Positions 18,905 to 28,035 of a stretch of DNA of 64,000 nucleotides are shown here, one piece after another. Source of the stretch: Thermodesulfobacteriota bacterium (GTDB lineage: Bacteria > Desulfobacterota > Desulfobulbia > Desulfobulbales > SURF-16); the NCBI GenBank assembly GCA_039715015.1, contig JBDLIE010000011.1, positions 1,843 to 65,842 of the forward strand, read 5' to 3'. Numbering within the stretch: position 1 is the stretch's first letter; each line of letters opens with the position of its first letter. The translations under genes and the position numbers were made by a program. A model generated the notes under the pieces. It was given only the letters and a program-made list of their open reading frames with translations. It did no database searches and was not told the DNA's origin.

Positions 18905-19818
18905 GATAATGAGGTGGTCAGCTCCTTGATATCGTCTAAAGAGGTGATACCCACCGTGGTGATGGAGCGATTGAGCCAGCGGATGATCCGGGTCAGGGCA
19001 CTGGTGGGATCGAGCACCACAAAGAGATCAATATCACGGTTCACAAGCTCTGCAATGGTGTGGTGCCAGTGCACTGTCTGCCAGAGCTGGTTTGCCACCT
19101 GATGGCCAATCTCCTTTGGAGAGTCATTAATATAGACTGGATGGCTGCCGGCAATGATCGGTAAGATAGGCGGCGACAGGGGCAGGGCCTCAAAGAATCG
19201 GTACAGGGCCGCACCTGCCTCCTGAAGAGGTTCACCATGGTAAGGATATTCAAAGGGAAGCTCCACCACCCGCAAAGCACCGGCCTCAAGGCAGGAGGCC
19301 TTAAAAGAGGCGAAATCCCCTTTGGCAATGGAGGCGATGGTCTGACTCTTGTTGTTAACCAGAGAAAGCCAGCCTTGTTGCGGCAGCCTATCAAGCTCCT
19401 CTTGGACATGATCAACAGGCAGGCCGATCACTGCCACCATGAGAAATTCATGGGGGGTATTGGTCAAGGAAATGAGATCAAAGGCGTGGCTGATGGCCTC
19501 CATGCCTTGACTTGGAGAGAGGCAGTTGCAACCGGCCATGGCAGCATAGAGACCGGAGCTGTAGCCGCTGATCAGAGAGGGCTTGACCCCTTGTTTCTTG
19601 AGGGTCTCGCTTAAGGTATGGCTCAGGCAGAAAACGCCCAGTTGGGCGGCGAGATCGCTTTCCACAGCGGTCTGGTGAAAATCATCATAGGCTGGACACG
19701 CCTGAATGCGGAGATCTTCATAGATCAAGCGCACCTCGTCGCCATACAGATCTGCCAGCGGCTTTTCCGGTACAGCACCCTGGCCGGGATAGAGAAAGGC
19801 GATTTTCGGTTGGCTCAT
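18901..19818 (-). CDS. Malonyl-CoA:ACP transacylase-like acyltransferase (FabD family)
   Basis: 305 aa with FLYPGQGA and the nucleophile elbow GYSSG (GxSxG). It overlaps the ATP-grasp gene by 4 nt. Confidence 0.8.
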   Translation of the reverse strand: MSQPKIAFLYPGQGAVPEKPLADLYGDEVRLIYEDLRIQACPAYDDFHQTAVESDLAAQLGVFCLSHTLSETLKKQGVKPSLISGYSSGLYAAMAGCNCLSPSQGMEAISHAFDLISLTNTPHEFLMVAVIGLPVDHVQEELDRLPQQGWLSLVNNKSQTIASIAKGDFASFKASCLEAGALRVVELPFEYPYHGEPLQEAGAALYRFFEALPLSPPILPIIAGSHPVYINDSPKEIGHQVANQLWQTVHWHHTIAELVNRDIDLFVVLDPTSALTRIIRWLNRSITTVGITSLDDIKELTTSLS

Positions 19819-19853
19819 AACTTTATTTCACCACAGAGACATTTTTTTACAGG

Positions 19854-21320
19854 CTACAACCTGATCTCCGGTGGTACTTCCTGGAAGTTGTCTTGGACCC
19901 ATTCCATCTGGCGCGCTTCATAATAGGCGTAACGCATAATGAGCTTATAGGCCATGCGGATGAATTGATTGGACGAGAAGAACATCTTCCAGAAGATGGA
20001 TGGCCGGGTGTAGTATTTTTTCAGGTATTTCTTCTGCAGGGCCAGGATCTCGGCGCCGCTATAGGCGTTATTATGGATCACCGGATGCATGAAATCATAT
20101 TTTGAAAAATCGCGCTCTTCAATGCGGCCATCCGCCTCGGCCTGGGCATAATAACGGGTGCCGGGCAGGGGCGTGGTCAGGGTCATGACCAGGAAGTCAC
20201 CGATCTGGGCCGCAAATTTATAGATGGTCTGCAAGGTCTCTTCAGTGTCATCTACATCGCCGAACATGACGTTGGTCATTACCATGATGCCGTGGGAGCG
20301 CAGCAGCTCGGCCGCCTCTTTGATCTGCTCTACGCTCTGGTTCTTAGTATAATTCTTCAGAGTCTCCGGGGAGATCGATTCCACCCCCAGCATGACCTCG
20401 TAGAGACCAAGCTTTTTATACTCGGGCAGCAGGTCGCGGTCGCGGAGGATATCCTTGATCCGGGACTGGAACCAGAAATCGCATTTGAGGTTTGATTTGC
20501 CCAGGGACTCCAGGAACGATTCATTGCGGGCTCTGGTCTGGTTGAAGGAATTCTCGTTAAAGACAAAGAGGGATTTGCCAAATTTTTTATTAAGCATCTC
20601 CATCTCTTTGACCACCAAGGGGCCGCTCCTACCGCGCCAGTTGGCCTGCCAGAGCTGCGACTCGGAGCAATAGGAGCAATGGTCTCCGCAGCCGCGGCTG
20701 GTGGAGATGCCCACCGCCCGTCTCCCCATGCCATGCAGGTAGTAGGTGGGGTTGTCCATGTCCATCAGATGGTAGCCGGGCATGGGAAGGGTGTCGAGGT
20801 CGTCGATCAGGGCCCGGGGGCTATTGCATACTATTTCGCCATCCTTCTGATATGCCACTCCGGCAATGGTACAGCCATTTTTGCAACCAGGCAGGCCTTC
20901 AAGGAGTTCAACAAAGGTCTTTTCGCCTTCACCCAGAATGATGAAATCAACCTCTGGGGCCTGGCTGAACATCACCTCGTAGTTCAGGGTGAAATGACCG
21001 CCACCACCGATGATGGTGGCTTCAGGCAGGGTGCGGCGCACCAGGCGGGCGGCATGGATGGCATCCTTATGGAAGGTGGCAGCTTGGCTGGTAATACCGA
21101 CGACATCGTAGTTACCTTGGCGCAGGCGGTTTTCCAGGTCGGTCCAGGGCTGACTCAGGGTGGTGGAGTCGATAACTTCAATATCGTAGCCCTCGCGTTC
21201 CATATAGGCCCCCAAGGCCATGAGGCCGGGGGAGGGCATCCACATACGCAGGGCAGCAAAAATCTGATGGGGCGGGTCAAGCAGTAGTATCTTCACAGCT
21301 AAATCGACTCCAGTAATCAA
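19854..21320 (-). CDS. B12-binding-domain radical SAM enzyme (subfamily A; paralogue of 50932..52476)
   Basis: The CxxxCxxC motif is RGCGDHCSYCSES. The N-terminal Rossmann-like B12-type domain contains KILLLDPPH...GGGGHFT. The start is uncertain (TTG 21320 or GTG 21296). Confidence 0.9.
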   Translation of the reverse strand: MITGVDLAVKILLLDPPHQIFAALRMWMPSPGLMALGAYMEREGYDIEVIDSTTLSQPWTDLENRLRQGNYDVVGITSQAATFHKDAIHAARLVRRTLPEATIIGGGGHFTLNYEVMFSQAPEVDFIILGEGEKTFVELLEGLPGCKNGCTIAGVAYQKDGEIVCNSPRALIDDLDTLPMPGYHLMDMDNPTYYLHGMGRRAVGISTSRGCGDHCSYCSESQLWQANWRGRSGPLVVKEMEMLNKKFGKSLFVFNENSFNQTRARNESFLESLGKSNLKCDFWFQSRIKDILRDRDLLPEYKKLGLYEVMLGVESISPETLKNYTKNQSVEQIKEAAELLRSHGIMVMTNVMFGDVDDTEETLQTIYKFAAQIGDFLVMTLTTPLPGTRYYAQAEADGRIEERDFSKYDFMHPVIHNNAYSGAEILALQKKYLKKYYTRPSIFWKMFFSSNQFIRMAYKLIMRYAYYEARQMEWVQDNFQEVPPEIRL

Positions 21321-22188
21321 AAAAATGATAAAATTGATCAGGATGGCGGCGGATATTCTTTTCGAATATTCCTGCCAGTTCCTGTGTTTTCTCGGCGATT
21401 AATTCGTTATTGTCCTTGCCCGCCACTCGGGAAACTTTGAGTGGTTTCTCCATCCAGGCCCGGTAGCAGCCATCAGGTCTGCGGATGATAAAGACCGGAA
21501 TCACCGGGGCACCAGTGGCCTGGGCCAAGGCCATAACTCCTGAAGGAAAATACACCTTTTTGTCAAAAAAGGTAACTGCCGACTTTTTACCGCCTTCATA
21601 GCGGTCGCCAAGCATGGCTATCACCTTATTGTCCTTGAGAAGGCGGGCCATCTTGATAATAGTGCCGTTATCCTCCGGGTCGATATGGATTGTCTTGATG
21701 CCAAGGCTGCCGCGCACCGTGTCTCGGTACTCCTGAACACCTTCCTCCTCATCTTTCAAGGTCAGGGTATAGATTGGAGAGCCGCGTAGGGCAAAGGTGA
21801 CGCCGCCCAGCTCCCAATTGCCAAGATGGGGGGTAATCAGAATGGCGCCATTGCCTTGGTCCAGGGCCTCTTGTATGTGCTGCGTGCCGATTTCTTCGGC
21901 CACGGTTTGCTGGTAATTTTCTTTAGTGAGGCGGTGGATAAGGACATAGTCACGTAAATACCAACCATAATTGGCAAAGAGCCTCCGCACCGTCTTTTTA
22001 ACCTGCGGGGCATTTTCCGGCAGGCCAAGGATAATAGAGGTGTTTCTCAGCAGCGGTTTACGTTTGGAACCCCAAAGCAGGTAGTAAAAATAACTCACCA
22101 CATGATTTTGGATGCGCTGCCACCAGACAGGTACGAGGCGGGCAAAAAAATAGGTGAGGAAGAGATAGAGTTTGCGGGGGATGAGCAT
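21277..22188 (-). CDS. Lysophospholipid/lipid A-type acyltransferase (LpxL/HtrB family)
   Basis: 303 aa with an N-terminal TM segment. ITPHLGNWELGG matches the family H(x)GNWE motif. Confidence 0.8.
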   Translation of the reverse strand: MLIPRKLYLFLTYFFARLVPVWWQRIQNHVVSYFYYLLWGSKRKPLLRNTSIILGLPENAPQVKKTVRRLFANYGWYLRDYVLIHRLTKENYQQTVAEEIGTQHIQEALDQGNGAILITPHLGNWELGGVTFALRGSPIYTLTLKDEEEGVQEYRDTVRGSLGIKTIHIDPEDNGTIIKMARLLKDNKVIAMLGDRYEGGKKSAVTFFDKKVYFPSGVMALAQATGAPVIPVFIIRRPDGCYRAWMEKPLKVSRVAGKDNNELIAEKTQELAGIFEKNIRRHPDQFYHFFDYWSRFSCEDTTA

Positions 22189-23666
22189 TATTTGTTGCTG
22201 ATAATATTTGCGGCAAAACAGCCGGATAGGGCGCTGCCGACTATGCCGTGGGCAGGGCGGTTATAATGCCCAATCCACAGCAGGTTGTCAAGCTTGGTGG
22301 CCAGGGGGGGGCGGCCAGGACCAACCTGTCCTAAGGCCGAGTCAAAGCCGTACATGGCCCCTTCTTCATTGCCGGTTCTGTCGATAAGGACCTGGGGAGT
22401 GGCCTGAACAGTAAAGATGTTGCTGGCGGCAAGGTCCAAGCCTGTTCTTTCCCTGACAATTTCAAAGATATCTCCCTGCAGTTTATCAATAGCCTCCCGG
22501 TTGGGAAATTCTTCGGCAAAGATGGAGGCCTTGGGGGCATGGACCAGCACCTTCATGGCGTGATGTCCCTCTGGAGCAAGATCTGGATCAAGGAGCGAGG
22601 GTGTTGTGATCACCAGGTGCAGGCCGTTCCTATAAATCCCTTTGGCAATGGCCTTGGCCTCAAGCTCAGGATCGTCGCTGGTATGCAGCGACACAAAATA
22701 GGGCCAATTCTCAGGCAGGGCATCTTCTGGCAGGGCCACATAAAAGAGCAGCGCCGAAGGCGAGACCGTATAGCGCTCCAGGTCAAAGACCTTGCCATAA
22801 AGAAGGCTTTCATCTTGGAGCATGGCCTGGCCGTGGAAGGGATTCAGAGCGCCAATAAACCAGTCTGCCTGAAAGGCTGTAGTGTCCTCAGTCACCACCT
22901 CCGTAACTCCTTTACTGGTATTCTTGATGGCCTTGATCTCTTGACCGGTGTGGATGGTTCCGTGGTTGTCAATGATGGCCTGGCGCAGCATGTCAGTGAG
23001 ATGCAGCATGCCACCTTTAGGATAAAAGACGCCGTCCTTTAAAACCTTGGCCCAGAGTACGGCCACAAAAATATAGGAAAGCTCACTGGGAGGCAGGGTG
23101 GTGGGCAGGGCGGAAAGGGCGTGGATTATGTCGTGGTGGCCGTTGAAAAATCGTTCCAGAATGGTGCCGTGGGAGTGACGGGCGCAACGAAATAAGGTGG
23201 GATAGAGAAAGGGCATGCAGAACTTTTTCCAGACAGGGGCTGCTTCAAAGGCCATAAACTGCCGGCCAAGCTTGGCAGTCAGTTTGCTGTAGGCTGCCAG
23301 GTTTTTTTCATGCTCAGGAAACCGTTCAGCAAGGGACTCCACATAAGCTTGCGGGTTGCGATAGTCGAGTTGCAGCTCAAAGCTGGGATAGATATTGCGG
23401 ATGGCCGGGATGGCCAGAAATTCAAGATCCGTATCTATGCCAAGCTCGCTGAAGATGGCATGAAACTCGCTGCCTGGTTTGCAGGCCGCTAAAAAGGCGC
23501 CGGTGGCATCAAAATAAAAGCCGTCGCGCCGGAAACCGGTGACGTAGCCCCCGGTTTTTTCCTCTTTCTCCAAGAGGGTGACATGGTGGCCGCGTTTGCT
23601 AAGCAGGGCAGCGGCGGTGAGACCGGCCATGCCGCCTCCCATAATGACAACGGAATTTTTAGGCAC
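22188..23666 (-). CDS. FAD-dependent oxidoreductase, phytoene desaturase (CrtI) family
   Basis: The dinucleotide fold is VVIMGGGMAGLTAAALLSKRGHHVTLLEKEEKTGG. It is 492 aa, and the C-terminal WIGHYNRPAHGIVGSALSG resembles CrtI-type ends. Confidence 0.85.
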   Translation of the reverse strand: MPKNSVVIMGGGMAGLTAAALLSKRGHHVTLLEKEEKTGGYVTGFRRDGFYFDATGAFLAACKPGSEFHAIFSELGIDTDLEFLAIPAIRNIYPSFELQLDYRNPQAYVESLAERFPEHEKNLAAYSKLTAKLGRQFMAFEAAPVWKKFCMPFLYPTLFRCARHSHGTILERFFNGHHDIIHALSALPTTLPPSELSYIFVAVLWAKVLKDGVFYPKGGMLHLTDMLRQAIIDNHGTIHTGQEIKAIKNTSKGVTEVVTEDTTAFQADWFIGALNPFHGQAMLQDESLLYGKVFDLERYTVSPSALLFYVALPEDALPENWPYFVSLHTSDDPELEAKAIAKGIYRNGLHLVITTPSLLDPDLAPEGHHAMKVLVHAPKASIFAEEFPNREAIDKLQGDIFEIVRERTGLDLAASNIFTVQATPQVLIDRTGNEEGAMYGFDSALGQVGPGRPPLATKLDNLLWIGHYNRPAHGIVGSALSGCFAANIISNK

Positions 23667-26085
23667 GGCGACCTCGTAATTGGAGGAGGGAAGAAAGGGT
23701 GATAACCGAATAGATAAAGCAGCTGGAAACGCCGATAATGGTCAACATGCCCATGGAAGAGAGGACGTGGTACTGGGCCAAGGCCAGGGAGCCAAAGCCA
23801 AGGCAGGTGGTGAGCGTTGTCAGCAAAATAGAACGGCCTGTGGAGGTCAGGGTCTGGCCGATATCACCGGTTTCCCTAAAGCGATCCATAATATGGATAC
23901 CATCATCCAAACCGATGCCGATGAGGATGGGAATGATGATGAAGTTAATCAGGTTGATGGAAATGCCCAGGTAGCCCATGAGTCCGGCGGTGGTTGTGAG
24001 GGCCAGGATGGTGGGCAGCAGAGCGAGGATCGTTTTTTTTAAACTGCGGAAAAAGAGAAGCAGGATAATAACCACCAGGGAGGAGGCCAGGAGCACTGTT
24101 TTAAGAAGGCCTGTTTTGGCAGAATCCATCAGGCTTCCCAGGGCCCGATCAAGGCTGACCACCTGAATCCCCGAATCAGAGGCCAGCATCTTTTCCTCAA
24201 GCCTGACCGCAGCCCCTTCAGAAAGGGCATTGACCCAGGTAACGCCGCTGATGCCCTTATCGTCTGTAAAGAAAAAGCGTTGGTGTAAGGGAAGGAGGCG
24301 GTCCAGAAAGGAGTTGCCTTTGGAGCTGTCCTTGCCAAGATCAGTTAGAAAAGAGAGCAGATGAGGGAAGCTCGCCACCTCCAGGCCATAGCTGGCAAAG
24401 GCCTTGTTGATTCTGGCTTGCTCGAAGTTTTCAAGCCTAAGTTGCCTGCCGCCACTCATGGTGGTCAGCGAGGCCCAGCCGTTGATATCTGCAGCGGGCA
24501 GTTCAGCGATTATTGTATCTACCTGTCTGGATTTCTGCCAAAAAGCGTCTTCGGAAGGTGATTGCCAAGAGACGAGCAGAGGAATGATGCCATTACTAAA
24601 ATGTTGATGGATATCCTGGCGCACCTGTACCGCCTCCAGGCCTTCTGGGTGAAGGGCCTCAAGGTTTCGTTCAAAATGAAGTTTTTGGAGGCCTGGCAAG
24701 GATGCCATGAAAAAAAAGAGGCTTATCCCCAAGCAGAGAACAGGCCTTTTTTTGACAAAAGCACCGATGATATTGATGCCCAGGAGGGAAAAAGGCTTAC
24801 GATTATGGGTCCAGGTTTGGCCCTCAAGCCAGTTAAGCCAGGCCGGTAAGGCCCAGAGGATGGTGATCAGACAGAAAAAAAGGCCCAGGCTCACCAGCCA
24901 GCCGATCTGGCGCAGCACCGGGCTTGCCGTGGTAGTGAGGACGGCAAAGGCAGTGAGGCTGGTAAGGCCACCCACAAGCACTGCCGAGCCGGTGCGCATA
25001 ACAGCCCGCCGGGTGGCCACAGCTGGAGGCTGGTCAGCAAGGCGTTCCGAGGCATAGCGGTCATAGACATGGATGGCAAAATCCACACCCAGGCCAAGAA
25101 CCACAGTGGCAAAGGCCACCGCAATCATATGAACCTGGCCGAAGGTGACGGCCATGAAGCCCAGGGCCAATTGGAGACCAACGCCCAGGGGAATAATGAT
25201 AAAGAGGAGAACGGTAAAGCGGCGGTAGGCAAAGAGAAAAAGAAGGCCGATACCGAGGACTGAACCAAGCAGGCAGTTGAGGATGTCGCCACGCATCAAG
25301 GCCTCTTCCTGGGCGGCAATGGCGTAGCCCCCGGTAAGACCGATTTCGAGATCCGGATAGTTGGCAAACACGGCATGGCTCTTTGCCATCAGGTCGATGG
25401 CAAAGGCCTTATTTGAGCCAGGTTGGCCGGGGGTGGCAATCAAGATCAGGGCTTTTTTGTCGGCGCTCAGCATTTCAGCACCATCGGCAAAGGCCATGGA
25501 GCCCTGCATGGCATGGAGCTTGTCGATAAAGAAACGGCGCAGGTTCAAGGGGTCCAGGCTGACGATCTTAGTGAGCATGGGAGCGCCAGGGGTGGCAAGC
25601 AGGGCCAGGGAGCGGCGGACCTCGTGGTCTATCTCCTGTGTTGATGCCAGAAAAGCGCTGAGTTGGGCAAGATCTTTTTCCGTGAGAAAGAGGGAGGGGG
25701 ATTCAAGATAGGTGGTGAGAAGATCAATGAAATCATCCGAACTCACCGCCTCAGCTTTCAGCATGGTTATAGATTTATAACCGGGGCTGCCGTTAATCTC
25801 CAGGCTGCTGAGCCTGCTGATAATTGTATTACTCTGGGAAAGCAGGTTTCCTGAATCGGCTTTGTCACTGACCAGGATATAGAGCTTGTCCTGGCCGTTT
25901 GAAGCGGTCACCGTATGGGAGAGCAGTTGAAAGGCCCGGTTGTCCTGGGGCAACAGGGCAAGGATGTTCTGCTCAAAGCGAAGCAGCCCGGTGAGAAGCA
26001 CCGCCACAACCACCACTGCCCCGAAACTGGCCAGTACCCTGCCGGGACGTTCGGTTATGAAACGCAGCAAAACATTCATGATCAT
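23659..26085 (-). CDS. MMPL/RND-superfamily lipid exporter
   Basis: 808 aa. It has two blocks of about 5-6 TM helices, each preceded by a large soluble loop, which is the typical MMPL topology. Confidence 0.85.
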   Translation of the reverse strand: MIMNVLLRFITERPGRVLASFGAVVVVAVLLTGLLRFEQNILALLPQDNRAFQLLSHTVTASNGQDKLYILVSDKADSGNLLSQSNTIISRLSSLEINGSPGYKSITMLKAEAVSSDDFIDLLTTYLESPSLFLTEKDLAQLSAFLASTQEIDHEVRRSLALLATPGAPMLTKIVSLDPLNLRRFFIDKLHAMQGSMAFADGAEMLSADKKALILIATPGQPGSNKAFAIDLMAKSHAVFANYPDLEIGLTGGYAIAAQEEALMRGDILNCLLGSVLGIGLLFLFAYRRFTVLLFIIIPLGVGLQLALGFMAVTFGQVHMIAVAFATVVLGLGVDFAIHVYDRYASERLADQPPAVATRRAVMRTGSAVLVGGLTSLTAFAVLTTTASPVLRQIGWLVSLGLFFCLITILWALPAWLNWLEGQTWTHNRKPFSLLGINIIGAFVKKRPVLCLGISLFFFMASLPGLQKLHFERNLEALHPEGLEAVQVRQDIHQHFSNGIIPLLVSWQSPSEDAFWQKSRQVDTIIAELPAADINGWASLTTMSGGRQLRLENFEQARINKAFASYGLEVASFPHLLSFLTDLGKDSSKGNSFLDRLLPLHQRFFFTDDKGISGVTWVNALSEGAAVRLEEKMLASDSGIQVVSLDRALGSLMDSAKTGLLKTVLLASSLVVIILLLFFRSLKKTILALLPTILALTTTAGLMGYLGISINLINFIIIPILIGIGLDDGIHIMDRFRETGDIGQTLTSTGRSILLTTLTTCLGFGSLALAQYHVLSSMGMLTIIGVSSCFIYSVITLSSLLQLRGRRA

Positions 26086-26130
26086 TTTCCCAATAAGGTT
26101 GTTGTCACTGTTATGTTATTGGTCCCTTTT

Positions 26131-26225
26131 CCCCTTGAGGGGAGAAGGCTGGGATGAGGGGTGATAAGTAGAAAGGGCAGGAATCTGGTTTTCAACCCTC
26201 ACCCGCTCCCATTCTTGGGAGAGGG
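26131..26225. repeat. Imperfect inverted repeat (REP/MITE-like) in the MMPL / radical SAM intercistronic gap
   Basis: Arm 26131-26163 is ccccttgaggggagaaggctgggatgaggggtg. Arm 26195-26225 is accctcacccgctcccattcttgggagaggg. The arms are roughly 70 percent complementary. Confidence 0.5.
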
Positions 26226-26269
26226 AATAAAGCTTTTATTTCCCTTGAAATTTTGTAAGTCTCTTTCCG

Positions 26270-27862
26270 TTAATACGGTCTTTGATAATTTTTCGGCTTG
26301 AGCTTGAGCAGGGTGGAGGCCACGGTGCAGAGCAGGCGGCCCTGCCAAGGCCTGCCGTATTTTTTCGGGTTTGGGTGGAGAAAGCAGAGGCGTTTGCATT
26401 TAATCTTCTGCAGGCGCTGGGCAAAATCATCGTAGGGCCGACTCATGTCCAGGGGCTTTTTGAAGAAGTCCCGGAGATAATAGCCAAAGGATGTATAGGT
26501 CGAGTTGCCCTGCTCAGCATGGGCATTATAAAAATCAGTGAAGGTCTTGCGGTCGGTGACAATGGAGTAATGATCCGGGTCGATCTGCCAAGGCGCTCCC
26601 GGTTCCATTTCGATGGACAGGGTGCGCAGGCCGCGGACATGCTTGTAACGATCCATGATGATCTTGCGTAGTTTAAAGGTGTCCTCCATGACCTCTTCAT
26701 TTTCACCGGGCAGGCCATAGGTGAAGAAGATCTCGGTGGAGATGCCCATGGCATCAAGCTTGTCCATCTTGGCCAGGAAGGCCTCGGTGGTAAAGCCCGG
26801 GCCCTTATGACGGAGGCGAAGCTCTTCATTGCCGCATTCCGGCGACATGGCAATAATGGAATCTTCGCCCGGGAAGGTCTTGTGGAACTCATCGATAAAC
26901 TCGTCAGCAGGCAGGCCGTTGCACTCAAACATCCAGTTGGTCTTGATGCCTTCGGCCCGGATCTTCTTCCAGAGTTCGATGAAATACTCCTGGCTCACCG
27001 GCTCAGGATCGGTGGCCGTGTGCATGGTCTTGTAGCCGGCGGCAATGCCCTCCTTGATGGTCTGGATGACCGATTCGTGACTGCGGTAGATAAAGCCCAC
27101 CCGCTTACTGATATGGCGCTGTTGAGGGATATGGGAGCCCCCGCACCAGGTACAGTTAAAGGGACAGCCACGGCCAATGGCCAGGGGCAGCAGAGGCGAC
27201 TGGATGGTGAATTGCTTGAAGTTCTGCTCTTTGCTAAAACTCTTGGCGTAGAAAAAGGGCAGACCGATATATTTTATATAGGTATCGCTATGACGCAACA
27301 GGGAGAAGTTGCTGTAGTTCAGGGCTGAGACCATCTCGGCATCGCCCACGTAGGTATGGTCGTTTTCCACCACCTGGTTATTGCGACGCCAGGTAAGATT
27401 AGGAATTGGCTCCAGACTGCTGCCGGCATCCAAGGCCTTCAATAGTTCAAGAACCGGGACCTCGCCGTCACCGCGCACCACCGCATCGATCATCGGATAG
27501 TCGGCAATGATCTGGTCATGGAAAAAGGAGGCGGTATAGCCGCCGATAAAGATGAAGATGTCAGGCCGAAGCTCCTTTAATTTGCGGGCTGCCTCGATAA
27601 CGTCGTAGGCCTGGTAATGCCAGTGCATGGACATGCCAATGGCCTTGATCTCCGGCTTGTCCATCACCAACTCGTCAATCTTGAAGAGAGGGTTCTCCAC
27701 CCACTCAACGCCGACGTGGATGATCTCGGTATCAAAACCGTTCTTCTGAACATAATCGCCAATGGCCATCAGGCCCATGGGCATATAGTTTATCCAGATA
27801 AAATCGCCGATGGGCTTATAGCTGTTGTTGAACTTGGGTACGTGGAGAAAGAGAGTTTTCAT
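26270..27862 (-). CDS. B12-binding-domain radical SAM enzyme (subfamily C)
   Basis: 530 aa. The CxxxCxxC motif is RGCPFNCTWCGGS, and the N-terminal B12-type domain contains KAIGMSMHW...IFIGGYTASF. Confidence 0.9.
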   Translation of the reverse strand: MKTLFLHVPKFNNSYKPIGDFIWINYMPMGLMAIGDYVQKNGFDTEIIHVGVEWVENPLFKIDELVMDKPEIKAIGMSMHWHYQAYDVIEAARKLKELRPDIFIFIGGYTASFFHDQIIADYPMIDAVVRGDGEVPVLELLKALDAGSSLEPIPNLTWRRNNQVVENDHTYVGDAEMVSALNYSNFSLLRHSDTYIKYIGLPFFYAKSFSKEQNFKQFTIQSPLLPLAIGRGCPFNCTWCGGSHIPQQRHISKRVGFIYRSHESVIQTIKEGIAAGYKTMHTATDPEPVSQEYFIELWKKIRAEGIKTNWMFECNGLPADEFIDEFHKTFPGEDSIIAMSPECGNEELRLRHKGPGFTTEAFLAKMDKLDAMGISTEIFFTYGLPGENEEVMEDTFKLRKIIMDRYKHVRGLRTLSIEMEPGAPWQIDPDHYSIVTDRKTFTDFYNAHAEQGNSTYTSFGYYLRDFFKKPLDMSRPYDDFAQRLQKIKCKRLCFLHPNPKKYGRPWQGRLLCTVASTLLKLKPKNYQRPY

Positions 27863-27872
27863 TTTTATTGAT

Positions 27873-28027
27873 AGCCACGGAATCCACGGAAAGACACGGA
27901 AAGTTTTTTATAGAGGTGTTTTTCCAGATTATTGCGCGGCTGAATGAGGTTTATACGTATAGTCGCCTGATCATGTCATGGTTTCCCAGCAAGAAATTTT
28001 CAGTGGATTTCCGTGGGTTCCGGGGCC
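27873..28027. repeat. Structured intercistronic repeat element (ccacggaa family), copy 1
   Basis: Left arm agccacggaatccacggaaagacacggaaag (27873-27903) matches right arm cagtggatttccgtgggttccggggcc (28001-28027) at 21 of 27 positions when complemented. It is homologous to the element at 50826-50888. Confidence 0.65.
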
Positions 28028-28035
28028 AAAAAAAT

